A stretch of DNA of 32,000 nt from Gallionella sp. (GCA_036171695.1 JAVHRN010000002.1:36745-68744), one strand, 5' to 3'. Positions 20,802 through 29,290 are shown, counted from the stretch's first letter. Translations and numbers: made by a program. Notes: generated from the letters alone by a model not told the origin.

Positions 20802-20982
20802 GAAGATTTTTTTGTGAGTGCAGTGTGGTGGGTAGGGGGTAATCAGCGTAGCGCATTGCAGCGATGTTTCATGCGGTGCTTCGATGGTTACGGGGACGGC
20901 GAATTCTATCATTGTGAGGATATGAGCTGGATACCAGACTAAGCCTAGGGGTGCCGCCGCTTAAAAAATTAGTTAAAAGATA

Positions 20983-21003
20983 ATTATGCGCATATTATGC
21001 GCA
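20983..21003 (+). promoter_or_regulatory. Candidate ccdAB operator
   Basis: ATTATGCGCA occurs twice, 11 bp apart (20983-20992 and 20994-21003). The first copy contains the perfect palindrome TATGCGCATA (20985-20994). The site lies 14 nt upstream of the ccdA ATG, next to RBS GGAGG. Confidence 0.45.
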
Positions 21004-21016
21004 CACGGAGGTTTTT

Positions 21017-21268
21017 ATGAAAACATTGCAAACCAATTTAGTGCGCAAACGCGCGGTCAATCTCACCTTAAACGAAGCGTTGGTCGCGCAAGCCAAAGGC
21101 ATGACCGGCAATCTTTCTAATGTGGTCGAGCAACTGTTAGCCGATTATGTGACGCAGCAGCACGCTGCGCGACAAGCAAAGTCACAAGATGCGCAGCTTG
21201 CGGCACAAGGCTGGAATGATTTTAATCAACGCGCAGGTGCGTTCGCCGACGAGCATTCCACGCTGTAA
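21017..21268 (+). CDS. ccdA: Type II antitoxin, CcdA family
   Basis: Shows the typical CcdA layout: KRAVNLTLNEALVAQAKGMTGNLS...WNDFNQRAGAFADEHSTL. It is 83 aa and translationally coupled to ccdB through TAATG. Confidence 0.8.
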   Translation: MKTLQTNLVRKRAVNLTLNEALVAQAKGMTGNLSNVVEQLLADYVTQQHAARQAKSQDAQLAAQGWNDFNQRAGAFADEHSTL

Positions 21269-21597
21269 TGGCACAGTTCGATGTACACAAAAATGTCGGC
21301 AAACAACGCGACGCGATTCCGTTTGTGGTCGTGGTGCAATCGTCGCTCTACGACGGGTACAACCGCCGCGTGGTTGTGCCTCTGGTGCGCCGTAGCACTT
21401 TAGCGCGCACCGCCGTATTCCTCGATACCCCGCTCAATCCCGTGTTCACCGTGAAAGGTATCAAAGTCGTGTTGCACCCGCTGGAAATGGTCTCAGTTGC
21501 ACTGGAAAATCTAGCTGAAAAAGTCGCGACACTAGAGCAAGACGGCGATGCGATTTTAGCTGCGATGGATGAAATGCTTACTAGGGCTTGGGGTTAA
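21268..21597 (+). CDS. ccdB: Type II toxin, CcdB family (gyrase poison family)
   Basis: Contains MAQFDVHKN...IPFVVVVQSSLYDGYNRRVVVPLV and LNPVFTVKGIKVVLHPLEMVSV. The 109-aa length fits. Confidence 0.83.
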   Translation: MAQFDVHKNVGKQRDAIPFVVVVQSSLYDGYNRRVVVPLVRRSTLARTAVFLDTPLNPVFTVKGIKVVLHPLEMVSVALENLAEKVATLEQDGDAILAAMDEMLTRAWG

Positions 21598-21612
21598 CTG
21601 AGCTGGAACCTG

Positions 21613-22851
21613 TTATCTTTTTTGCTTCCCGAGTATCAATTTTTCCATATCGCGTACCTTATCCACTAGTGCTTTCAAATCTTCCCGCGTTGAATCTCCG
21701 TAGCGTTCATGTACCTGCTGACAACATTCGCTTGCCTCATCAAACTTGCTTTGCTCGTAAAGCGTAGCAACTTTGTTAACGAGTGCCATTGCCACCAGCA
21801 GCTGCAATTTAGGTAGCAAAGAGTCACCGTAGCGTTCCTGCACTTGATTAAAATAAGGGATTGCTTCAGCCAGCTTATCTTGCCGATATAGTGTCGTGCC
21901 TAGATTAATGAGTGTCTGGCCAATATGCTCTTGCAAACCTTCCCGCGTGGAATCACCGTAGCATTCCATAATCTTTTTATAACAAGCAATTCCATCTTCA
22001 TACTTTTCTTGTTGAACGAGTATCACGCCTTGGTTATAGAGAGCCTGTGCTATTTGTTCGTCTGTAGCACCGAACACTTCAGCAGACTTTTTCCAGTATT
22101 GCTCAGCGCGTACAAAGTTGTTTTCTGCGTTTGCGGTAAATGCGAGGGTATTCCAATCGTCAAACGTGTATTGAGCTTCTGGCTTATCTTTCAAAGAGGT
22201 GCTGGCTCGCTCTAATGTTTGTTTTTCTGTTTCCGTTAGTGTCGATTTTGAATCAGCAGACAGGGGGTTGGCGGCAATAATTTGGTTGGCATGATCCTGA
22301 ACTTTTTTATTTGATTCCTCAATGTTCTGATGAGCCATATCGGCATGTTCGCCGACCTCTTGAGTGGTTTTTTGCAACTTGTTTTTGAGGTCAGTTATTT
22401 CCTTGTTCACGCCCACCAGATTCTCGTCGAACCATTTTTCTACTTCTGCTTTAGATGTGCTGTTGGCTTTGTCCGCCGCAACCTTTTTAGCTACGCTTTT
22501 AGCTACGCTTTTAGCATCGCTTTTAGCATCGCTTTTTGCTTTGCTATAAGTAAAGTAACTCACAAGAATCAACAGCAGCGTAATGATTAAACTGCCCAGC
22601 GCAATGAGGTGTCCTAGCCAATCCACCTGATGATTGATTTGTTCGATGCGCTCGTTTTGGCTGGTGACTAATTGTTTGTGGAATTCCAAATCTTTCTGCT
22701 GGCTTTCTTTGGCAGCATCCATTTTGGCTTCAGTCTGCGCTTTGAAAATTTGTAGCTCGGTGTCGCTCGACGATTTCGCGATTGCGCTGCTTGCGGTCAG
22801 CACAGTGAATAAAGAGAGTGCAATAAAAATTTGAGTGATTAACTTAGTCAT
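21613..22851 (-). CDS. Orphan membrane-anchored coiled-coil / TPR-like repeat protein of unknown function
   Basis: N-terminal hydrophobic segment MTKLITQIFIALSLFTVLTASSAIA, a second TM segment LGHLIALGSLIITLLLILVSYFTY, and a Lys-rich KSDAKSDAKSVAKSVAKK repeat. The C-terminus has roughly 43-residue repeats, each with an (E/C)(R/C)YGDS motif. I prefer the start at 22851, because the longer ORF overlaps higA. The gene is AT-richer than its neighbours. Confidence 0.7.
   Translation of the reverse strand: MTKLITQIFIALSLFTVLTASSAIAKSSSDTELQIFKAQTEAKMDAAKESQQKDLEFHKQLVTSQNERIEQINHQVDWLGHLIALGSLIITLLLILVSYFTYSKAKSDAKSDAKSVAKSVAKKVAADKANSTSKAEVEKWFDENLVGVNKEITDLKNKLQKTTQEVGEHADMAHQNIEESNKKVQDHANQIIAANPLSADSKSTLTETEKQTLERASTSLKDKPEAQYTFDDWNTLAFTANAENNFVRAEQYWKKSAEVFGATDEQIAQALYNQGVILVQQEKYEDGIACYKKIMECYGDSTREGLQEHIGQTLINLGTTLYRQDKLAEAIPYFNQVQERYGDSLLPKLQLLVAMALVNKVATLYEQSKFDEASECCQQVHERYGDSTREDLKALVDKVRDMEKLILGKQKR
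22489..22536. repeat. Four tandem 12-bp repeats inside the TPR gene
   Basis: AGCTACGCTTTT twice, then AGCATCGCTTTT twice. On the coding strand these encode the KSDA/KSVA tetrapeptide repeats. Confidence 0.9.
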
Positions 22852-22870
22852 CAGGATTCTCAATAAGTGA

Positions 22871-23299
22871 TTATAAAAATACCGCAGGCGAAACATGGAA
22901 TCGGCTGGCGAGCGCTTTGACTTGGCGGGTGTTGAGTTCGCGTTTGCCGTTCAATACTGCGGAGACGATGCTTTGCCCGCCTAACTCTTCGGCTAAGTCG
23001 CTTTGTTTGAGTGCGTGTTCGCTCATTAAGTAGGCAAGCACGGCGGCGGGATTTGCTTCGGGTAGGCTTAGATTTTTTGCTTCGTAGTGTTCGATTTCTT
23101 TGCTGACAATATCGAGCAGCGGCATCAGACGATGCGATTCATTCGCGCCGATTTGGTCTAGCAATTCATCCATGTTGCGCACCCGATTTTTGTAGTCGCG
23201 CGCACTGCTAATCGGGCCGAGTGGCAGCAGTTTATTCAGACCTAGCCACGCTGTTTGCACCAAGGCGAGATTGAGATGGTGTTCAGCGATGATGTTCAT
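22871..23299 (-). CDS. higA: HigA-family antitoxin (XRE helix-turn-helix)
   Basis: C-terminal HTH LKQSDLAEELGGQSIVSAVLNGKRELNTRQVKALASRFHVSPAVFL. It is the same length and layout as E. coli HigA and overlaps higB by 4 nt. Confidence 0.85.
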   Translation of the reverse strand: MNIIAEHHLNLALVQTAWLGLNKLLPLGPISSARDYKNRVRNMDELLDQIGANESHRLMPLLDIVSKEIEHYEAKNLSLPEANPAAVLAYLMSEHALKQSDLAEELGGQSIVSAVLNGKRELNTRQVKALASRFHVSPAVFL

Positions 23300-23595
23300 T
23301 TTCTTTTACTCCTTAAACAATTCCTTTGGTCATATTCGGCGTGCGTAAAAAATTCTTTGATGTACACGCGCTGAGAGCGGTAATGGACGATGGTAATCAG
23401 GCGATAGTGGTTGCCCTTGATATTAAAAATCGTGAAAGGGTCAGCAAAATCCGCGCTCGGCAACACGGCACGAATCGCGTGAATATCCACAAAATCGGAC
23501 TTCTCGAAAATCTTGCGCCAGCTTGCCAGCACTTCGGCAGCATCGGTGTGATGCGTCGCGTAGCTATCCAATGTTTTCTTTTTGATGACGTGCAT
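23296..23595 (-). CDS. higB: HigB-family mRNA interferase toxin
   Basis: Contains MHVIKKKTLDSYA...IFNIKGNHYRLITIVHYRSQRVYIKEFFTHAEYD, which parallels E. coli HigB (MHLITQKAL...CYIREVMTHKEYD). The order is toxin first. Confidence 0.87.
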   Translation of the reverse strand: MHVIKKKTLDSYATHHTDAAEVLASWRKIFEKSDFVDIHAIRAVLPSADFADPFTIFNIKGNHYRLITIVHYRSQRVYIKEFFTHAEYDQRNCLRSKRK

Positions 23596-23601
23596 GAAGT
23601 T

Positions 23602-23631
23602 AAATATAGCAATTAGCTATATTTGTGTCAA
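23602..23631 (-). promoter_or_regulatory. higBA promoter with an embedded operator palindrome
   Basis: On the minus strand: TTGACA (23631-23626), a 17-nt spacer, then TATATT (23608-23603). The inverted repeat AAATATAGC-N5-GCTATATTT (23602-23624) spans the spacer and the -10. Only 7 nt separate the -10 from the ATG. Confidence 0.6.
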
Positions 23632-23639
23632 CGATATGT

Positions 23640-26240
23640 TTAGGTGAGCTTTTTGAGTTGATACAGCATTTCCAGCGCGTCTCTTGGACTCAATTCATCT
23701 GGCTTTATTTCGCGCAGCGATTTCAACGCGGGATGTTCTTCTGGTTCTGGCGCATCAGGTATCGTATTGAACAAATCGCCTTGTGGATTTTGTGCCGCGC
23801 TGTGTTGTTCGAGTTTGCGCAATTGTTTTTTCGCGGCGCGGATTACGTCGTTAGGCACGCCTGCGAGGGCGGCGACTTGTAGGCCGTAGCTTTGGCTGGC
23901 TGCGCCTTCGTTGACGCTGTGCAAGAACACGATGCTGTGCTGATGTTCGATGGCGGACAGATGCACGTTGGCGAGTTGCGCGAACTCTTCGGCAAGGCGC
24001 GTGAGTTCAAAATAATGCGTGGCGAATAAAGTGTAGCTGCGATTTTTTTCTAGCAGATGACGGGCGATGGCATACGCCAAAGCCAGCCCGTCAAAGGTCG
24101 AAGTGCCGCGCCCGATTTCATCGACTAACACCAGACTTTTTTCCGTGGCGTTGTGCAAAATGTTGGCGGCTTCGGTCATCTCAACCATGAAGGTGGAACG
24201 GCCTGAGGCTAAGTCGTCTGACGCGCCGATGCGGGTAAAAATCTGATCAATCTCGCCCAGTGTTGCGGCCGTCGCAGGCACGAAACTGCCAACGTGCGCG
24301 AGCAGGGTGATGATGGCGACCTGGCGCATATAGGTGGATTTACCGCCCATGTTCGGGCCAGTAATCAGCAGCGTGCGGCGCGCCTCATTCAGCGTGGTGT
24401 CGTTCGGTGTGAAGCGATCCACTTGCGCTTCTACAACGGGATGACGGCCTTGTTGGATGTCGATTTGCGCCTCGTTGGAAAATTGCGGCGCGCTAAAATT
24501 TAGCGTGGCGGCGCGCTCGGCAAAGGTGGCGAGTACGTCTAGCTCGGCAATGGCGGCGGCGATGTTTTGCAGTTGCGCAATGTGCGGCGCGAGCTGGTCT
24601 AGCAGTTGTTCGTAGAGGAATTTTTCACGCGCCAGTGCGCGGTCATTCGCCGACAATGCCTTATCCTCAAAGGCTTTCAGTTCAGGCGTGATGTAACGCT
24701 CGGCATTTTTCAGCGTTTGGCGGCGGCGATAATCGTCTGGCACATTGACCGATTGCGCGGCACTTACTTCGATATAAAAACCGTGTACACGGTTGTATTC
24801 CACCTTCAAAGTTGTGATGCCAGTGCGCGCCCGTTCTCGCGCTTCTAAGGCTAAAAGGAAATCTCCGCAGTTGGTCTGGATGCCGCGCAACTCATCGAGC
24901 TCGGCATCAAACCCGTCGGCGATGACGCTGCCTTCGCGTAGCACGGCAGAAGGTTCGGGTTTGAGGGTTTGTTGCAGTAACGCGGCTAAGTTAGTGTCGC
25001 TTTGCAAGGCATCAGCGAGCGTTTGCAGCAGGGAGGGTGGGCAAGTTTCATTGCCCACGGCTTGCGCATATCCATTTTCCGCGTGGGCAATTTTGCCCAC
25101 CCTACGCAGGGTCGCATGCAGTTGCGGCAAGGTTAGCAGCGTATCGCGCAGCCCAGATAAATCGCGCGGACGGGCGGAGCGCAGGGCGATGCGCGCAGTG
25201 ATGCGTTCCACATCGACGCTGGGTTTGAGATGCTGATTGAGCTCGCGATGTATGTCATTGAGTGCTGCAACCGCTTGCAGTCGCGCGTGCAAAATCGCGC
25301 GGTCGCGCAGCGGGTGATGCAGCCAATTCGCCAGCAGACGGCTGCCCATATTGGTGGTGCAGGTGTCGAGCAGCGAGAGCAGCGTCGGAGCAGCTTCGCC
25401 GCGCAGGGTTTGGGTGATTTCCAGGTTGCGCCGCGTCGCCGCGTCCATGCGCACATAGCGATCTGCGCTGTACACCTGCACGCTGCGGATATGACTAATC
25501 GCCTGACCTTGGGTGAGTTTTGCGTAGCTCAACAATGCGCCCGCCGCTGCTAATCCGACCGTGAAATCGTCGCAACCAAAGCCTGCTAAATCGAGTGTGG
25601 CAAATTGCTGGCACAAACCGCGCCGCGCCGTTTCGCGCTCGAAATACCAATCAGGTAAAGCCTTGCGTGCCGCATGAATAGTGGTTTGCGGGGCGACATT
25701 CTCAGCATGCAAAATTTCCGAAGGCTGCAATCTTTCCAATTCGGCGGGCAGATTTTCGCGGCTGGTTTCGCATACGAAAAATTGCCCAGAAGCTAGATTC
25801 AGCCAAGCCAAGCCGACCTTGTTGTGCTGCGCATGCAACGCCAGCAGCAGGTTGTCGCGCTTCTCCTCTAGCAAGGCAGAATCGGTGACCGTGCCCGGCG
25901 TGACGATGCGCACTACTTTCCGTTCGACAGGCCCTTTGCTGGTGGCGGGGTCGCTAATTTGTTCGCAAATCGCAATCGACTCGCCCAGCTTGACTAAGCG
26001 CGCTAGGTATTGCTCCGCCGCGTGATACGGCACGCCCGCCATTTTGATGGGCGCGCCGTTGGAGCTGCCGCGTTGGGTCAAGGTGATGTCGAGCAACTTA
26101 GCGGCACGCGCCGCATCGTCATGGAACAACTCGTAAAAGTCGCCCATGCGGTAGAACAGCAACATGTCGGGATAGTCGGCTTTAATCCCCCAGTATTGCG
26201 CCATCATCGGCGTGTGTTTAGGCGCAGATGTGGCACTCAC
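23640..26240 (-). CDS. mutS: DNA mismatch repair protein MutS
   Basis: Contains TPMMAQYW, Walker [24 protein letters not shown] and FATHYFELT. The 866-aa length fits. Confidence 0.97.
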   Translation of the reverse strand: MSATSAPKHTPMMAQYWGIKADYPDMLLFYRMGDFYELFHDDAARAAKLLDITLTQRGSSNGAPIKMAGVPYHAAEQYLARLVKLGESIAICEQISDPATSKGPVERKVVRIVTPGTVTDSALLEEKRDNLLLALHAQHNKVGLAWLNLASGQFFVCETSRENLPAELERLQPSEILHAENVAPQTTIHAARKALPDWYFERETARRGLCQQFATLDLAGFGCDDFTVGLAAAGALLSYAKLTQGQAISHIRSVQVYSADRYVRMDAATRRNLEITQTLRGEAAPTLLSLLDTCTTNMGSRLLANWLHHPLRDRAILHARLQAVAALNDIHRELNQHLKPSVDVERITARIALRSARPRDLSGLRDTLLTLPQLHATLRRVGKIAHAENGYAQAVGNETCPPSLLQTLADALQSDTNLAALLQQTLKPEPSAVLREGSVIADGFDAELDELRGIQTNCGDFLLALEARERARTGITTLKVEYNRVHGFYIEVSAAQSVNVPDDYRRRQTLKNAERYITPELKAFEDKALSANDRALAREKFLYEQLLDQLAPHIAQLQNIAAAIAELDVLATFAERAATLNFSAPQFSNEAQIDIQQGRHPVVEAQVDRFTPNDTTLNEARRTLLITGPNMGGKSTYMRQVAIITLLAHVGSFVPATAATLGEIDQIFTRIGASDDLASGRSTFMVEMTEAANILHNATEKSLVLVDEIGRGTSTFDGLALAYAIARHLLEKNRSYTLFATHYFELTRLAEEFAQLANVHLSAIEHQHSIVFLHSVNEGAASQSYGLQVAALAGVPNDVIRAAKKQLRKLEQHSAAQNPQGDLFNTIPDAPEPEEHPALKSLREIKPDELSPRDALEMLYQLKKLT
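25035..25103. repeat. 69-bp double-hairpin element, in frame inside mutS
   Basis: GTGGGCAA-6 nt-TTGCCCAC (25037-25058) and GTGGGCAA-2 nt-TTGCCCAC (25083-25100). The outer 11-bp inverted repeat is AGGGTGGGCAA against TTGCCCACCCT (25034-25044 and 25093-25103). Confidence 0.75.
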
Positions 26241-26246
26241 GCGGGC

Positions 26247-27044
26247 TTAGCCTTTCAGTGCATCGCTCAAATGTGGTGCCATGAGCTTGAGTAATTGCGG
26301 GTGAATGTTTGGGTTGCCCGCGCAAATATGACCCGTTTTGATGTAGCTATCTTCCCCTACCAAATCACTGACCATGCCGCCCGCTTCGGTAATCAGCAAG
26401 CATCCTGCGGCGATGTCCCACGCTTTCAAGCCTGTTTCAAAAAAGCCGTCGTAGCGACCCGCTGCCATCCATGCCAAATCCAAGGCGGCAGAGCCGGGGC
26501 GACGCAAGCCAGAGGATTGCTGCATGACATCTTTCAAAATTGCCATGTAGGAGTCGATATGTTGAAAATTGGAATAAGGGAAACCTGTGCCGATCAATGC
26601 GTCTGCCATGTGCAGGCGTTTACTCACGCGAATGCGCTTGTCGTTGAGATACGCGCCTTGTCCGCGCGTGGCGGTAAACAGTTCGTTACGCACGGGGTCG
26701 TAGATGACAGCTTGGGTTAATACGCCTTTGTGTTCCAAGGCGATGGAGACAGCGAATTGTGGGAAGCTGTGTAGAAAATTGGTTGTGCCATCGAGCGGGT
26801 CGATAATCCAAAGATATTCAGACTCGCCATGAGAGCCGCTCTCTTCTGCTAAAATTGCATGGCTGGGATAGGCTTCCAGCAAGGTTTCCATGATGACTTG
26901 TTCGGCCGCGCGATCGACTTCAGAGACAAAATCCGCATGTGATTTTTTGGTGACGGTGAGGTGATCAATTTTGTCGGTAGAACGATAAATTAAATTACCG
27001 GCGCGGCGTGCGGCCTTCACCGCGATGTTGAGCATGGGATGCAT
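26247..27044 (-). CDS. suhB: Inositol monophosphatase family protein SuhB
   Basis: Contains [12 protein letters not shown] and WDIAAG. It is divergent from trmJ, as in E. coli. Confidence 0.92.
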   Translation of the reverse strand: MHPMLNIAVKAARRAGNLIYRSTDKIDHLTVTKKSHADFVSEVDRAAEQVIMETLLEAYPSHAILAEESGSHGESEYLWIIDPLDGTTNFLHSFPQFAVSIALEHKGVLTQAVIYDPVRNELFTATRGQGAYLNDKRIRVSKRLHMADALIGTGFPYSNFQHIDSYMAILKDVMQQSSGLRRPGSAALDLAWMAAGRYDGFFETGLKAWDIAAGCLLITEAGGMVSDLVGEDSYIKTGHICAGNPNIHPQLLKLMAPHLSDALKG

Positions 27045-27233
27045 AGGAAACCTTTTATGTTAATGAGCTAAGAAATTCGGCGCGCATTCTAATGGCAATC
27101 GCGCTTTGTATAAACCGATAAAAATCTATCTTCCACAGATTACGTGGATTCACACCGATTAACTCCCCTTGCACACACAGTGATAGCCTGCTGTTTTGGT
27201 AGCTAATCTGTGTAAACTGTTGACTAAAAATTC

Positions 27234-28007
27234 ATGCTAAATAACATCCGCGTTGTACTCAGTCACACCACTCATCCAGGTAACATCGGTGCCGCCGCAC
27301 GCGCCATGAAGGTGATGGGTTTGCAGCATTTGTATCTCATCAATCCGCGACATTTTCCTGATGCACAAGCCAGCGCGATGGCGGCGGGTGCGGACGATAT
27401 TTTGGCTAACGCGGTGATTTGTTCATCTATCGACGAAGCCTTACACGGCGTGGTTTATACGGTGGGGATGACGGCGCGCTTACGCGATATTTCGATTGAG
27501 GTTAGCACTCCGCGCGAGGCGATGCCACAGGTGGTGCAAGAAGCGCAGGCGCATCCTGTCGCGCTATTATTTGGCACGGAAATGTCGGGTCTGACCAATG
27601 AAGAAACTGGACGCTCGCAGCGGCTGGTAAATATCCCAACTAACCCTGATTTTTCCTCGCTAAATCTGGCTGCTGCGGTGCAGGTGATGGCATATGAATT
27701 GAGTGTGGCGACGCAAAATTTTGTTGCGCAAGTACCCGTGATGCAGCCCGCGCGCCATGAACAAGTGGAAGGTTTTTTTAGCCATCTGGAAAAAACATTG
27801 TTTGAGATTGGCTTTTTCACCACGCAAAATCCCACTCGCATGATGCAGCGTTTACGTCGTTTGTATGCGCGTGCGCGGCTAGAGCAAGACGAAATCAATA
27901 TCTTGCGCGGCATGTTAAGTGTGACCACCGAGTACAATGCGCGGCTGAAAAATCGTTACGACCAAGAATCCGCCTTGTTAAATCAAAATCATGTTCAAAA
28001 ACATTAG
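27234..28007 (+). CDS. trmJ: tRNA (cytidine/uridine-2'-O)-methyltransferase TrmJ (SpoU family)
   Basis: [26 protein letters not shown] parallels the E. coli TrmJ N-terminus. Also contains [10 protein letters not shown] and SLNLAAAV. Confidence 0.9.
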   Translation: MLNNIRVVLSHTTHPGNIGAAARAMKVMGLQHLYLINPRHFPDAQASAMAAGADDILANAVICSSIDEALHGVVYTVGMTARLRDISIEVSTPREAMPQVVQEAQAHPVALLFGTEMSGLTNEETGRSQRLVNIPTNPDFSSLNLAAAVQVMAYELSVATQNFVAQVPVMQPARHEQVEGFFSHLEKTLFEIGFFTTQNPTRMMQRLRRLYARARLEQDEINILRGMLSVTTEYNARLKNRYDQESALLNQNHVQKH

Positions 28008-28722
28008 AGAAGATATTGCCAGCGTATTCGCCCGCGACCCTGCGGCGCGCAGTACGTTTGAAGTATTGACCTGCTATCCAGGCTTGCACGCGCGCATGTT
28101 TCATCGCCTCGCTAATACCTTGTGGCACGCTAATTTCAAATGGTTGGCGCGCTTTGTATCGCATATCGGGCGTGGCTTTACGGGGATTGAAATACATCCA
28201 GGCGCAACCATAGGTAAACGCTTTTTTATCGACCACGGCATGGGCGTGGTGATTGGTGAAACCGCCGAAATCGGTGATGACGTGACGCTGTATCACGGTG
28301 TGACTTTGGGTGGTACGTCTTGGAAAGAAGGTAAGCGGCATCCGACTTTGGCGAATGGCGTGGTGATCGGCGCAGGTGCGAAAATTTTAGGACCAATTCA
28401 TATTGGTGCAGGCGCGAAAATTGGCTCGAATGCGGTGGTGGTTAAAGATGTCCCTGCTGGGGCAACTGCAGCTGGCATTCCCGCGCGCATTTTGGATGAA
28501 GAGCGTAAAAGCAAAAGTGGATTTAATGCCTATGCGATCGGTAATGATCACAATGATCCCGTCAACAAAGCCTTGCATGGCTTGATAGGACATAGCGTGA
28601 CGGTGGATCAGCGCATCGAATTTATTTTGCAGCAGCTAGAAAAAATGGGTGTGCCAATAGATGAGGAGCGCGCCACTGCTGAGAAATTTGACCCCAATCA
28701 TCTTAATAATATAGTTGATTAA
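27991..28722 (+). CDS. cysE: Serine O-acetyltransferase
   Basis: Contains ARDPAARS...YPGLHA and the hexapeptide region [31 protein letters not shown]. It overlaps trmJ by 17 nt. Confidence 0.92.
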   Translation: MFKNIREDIASVFARDPAARSTFEVLTCYPGLHARMFHRLANTLWHANFKWLARFVSHIGRGFTGIEIHPGATIGKRFFIDHGMGVVIGETAEIGDDVTLYHGVTLGGTSWKEGKRHPTLANGVVIGAGAKILGPIHIGAGAKIGSNAVVVKDVPAGATAAGIPARILDEERKSKSGFNAYAIGNDHNDPVNKALHGLIGHSVTVDQRIEFILQQLEKMGVPIDEERATAEKFDPNHLNNIVD

Positions 28723-28743
28723 AATAATCGGGTATTCTAAAAT
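28711..28743 (+). promoter_or_regulatory. iscR promoter with an IscR type-1 box
   Basis: ATAGTTGATTAAAATAATCGGGTAT (28711-28735) matches the type-1 consensus ATASYYGACTRWWWYAGTCRRSTAT, as I recall it, at 23 of 25 positions. The promoter is -35 TTGATT (28715-28720), a 17-nt spacer, and -10 TAAAAT (28738-28743). Confidence 0.6.
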
Positions 28744-28795
28744 GCAGCGCGTTGCAGAAACGATATTATTTTAGCTTGAATGCAAGGAGAAGCAA

Positions 28796-29269
28796 ATGCG
28801 ATTGACCACTAAAGGACGATTTGCGGTAACTGCGATGGTGGATTTGGCGATGCGCGGTAGCAAAGGTCCAGTCACGTTAGCAGCGATTAGTGAGCGGCAA
28901 AGCATCTCGCTCTCTTATTTGGAACAGTTGTTTGGCAAGCTGCGCCGCAATGGCATTGTGGATAGTGTGCGCGGCCCAGGCGGCGGGTATTGTCTGGCAC
29001 GCGTGGCAGGAAAAATTACCATTGCGGAGATTGTGATTGCTGTTGATGAGCCATTAGATGCGACTAACTGCGGCGAAAAAGGCGATTGCCGTGATGGACA
29101 TCATTGTTTGACCCATGATTTATGGATGGGGCTGAATGAAAAAATTTACGAGTATTTGGCGCAGATTAGTTTGCAAACCTTGCTCGATAATCACGCCAGC
29201 AACAATAATCAAACGGGTTCGTCGCCGATTAAATTAAGCAAGTCAGCTGTTAAAACTTTGGCGATGTAA
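28796..29269 (+). CDS. iscR: Fe-S cluster assembly transcriptional regulator IscR (Rrf2 family)
   Basis: Contains MRLTTKGRFAVTAMVDLA and ISLSYLEQLF. The cluster cysteines are in CGEKGDCRDGHHC. Confidence 0.95.
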   Translation: MRLTTKGRFAVTAMVDLAMRGSKGPVTLAAISERQSISLSYLEQLFGKLRRNGIVDSVRGPGGGYCLARVAGKITIAEIVIAVDEPLDATNCGEKGDCRDGHHCLTHDLWMGLNEKIYEYLAQISLQTLLDNHASNNNQTGSSPIKLSKSAVKTLAM

Positions 29270-29290
29270 TTGCCACTTTAGAAAGCATTT

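Noticed and set aside
20802-20912. In-frame 37-codon N-terminal extension of ung, with similar upstream extensions of hrcA (to 20194), the dNK gene (to 9878), xseB (to 3495) and the TPR gene (to 22896)
   Set aside because: The extensions either overlap the neighbouring gene or add residues absent from the N-termini I know for these families. The internal starts give family-typical N-termini. Start-codon choice remains unverified.
22489-22536. Tandem 12-bp repeats considered as a possible CRISPR or regulatory array
   Set aside because: The units are contiguous with no spacers, they are only 12 bp long, and they lie in frame inside a CDS. This is a coding tetrapeptide repeat, not a CRISPR array.
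21925-22834. Four + strand ORFs (61-96 aa) opposite the TPR gene
   Set aside because: They are antisense products of an AT-rich, repeat-containing gene. The Leu/Phe/Ser-rich translations simply mirror the sense-strand Lys/Glu/Ala repeats.
24793-25236. 147-aa + strand ORF, and other + strand ORFs, inside mutS
   Set aside because: They are antisense to mutS, with Ser/Arg/Cys-rich translations and no motifs.
27455-28341. Minus-strand ORFs of 160 aa and 148 aa opposite trmJ and cysE
   Set aside because: They are antisense to well-supported genes and have no recognisable features.
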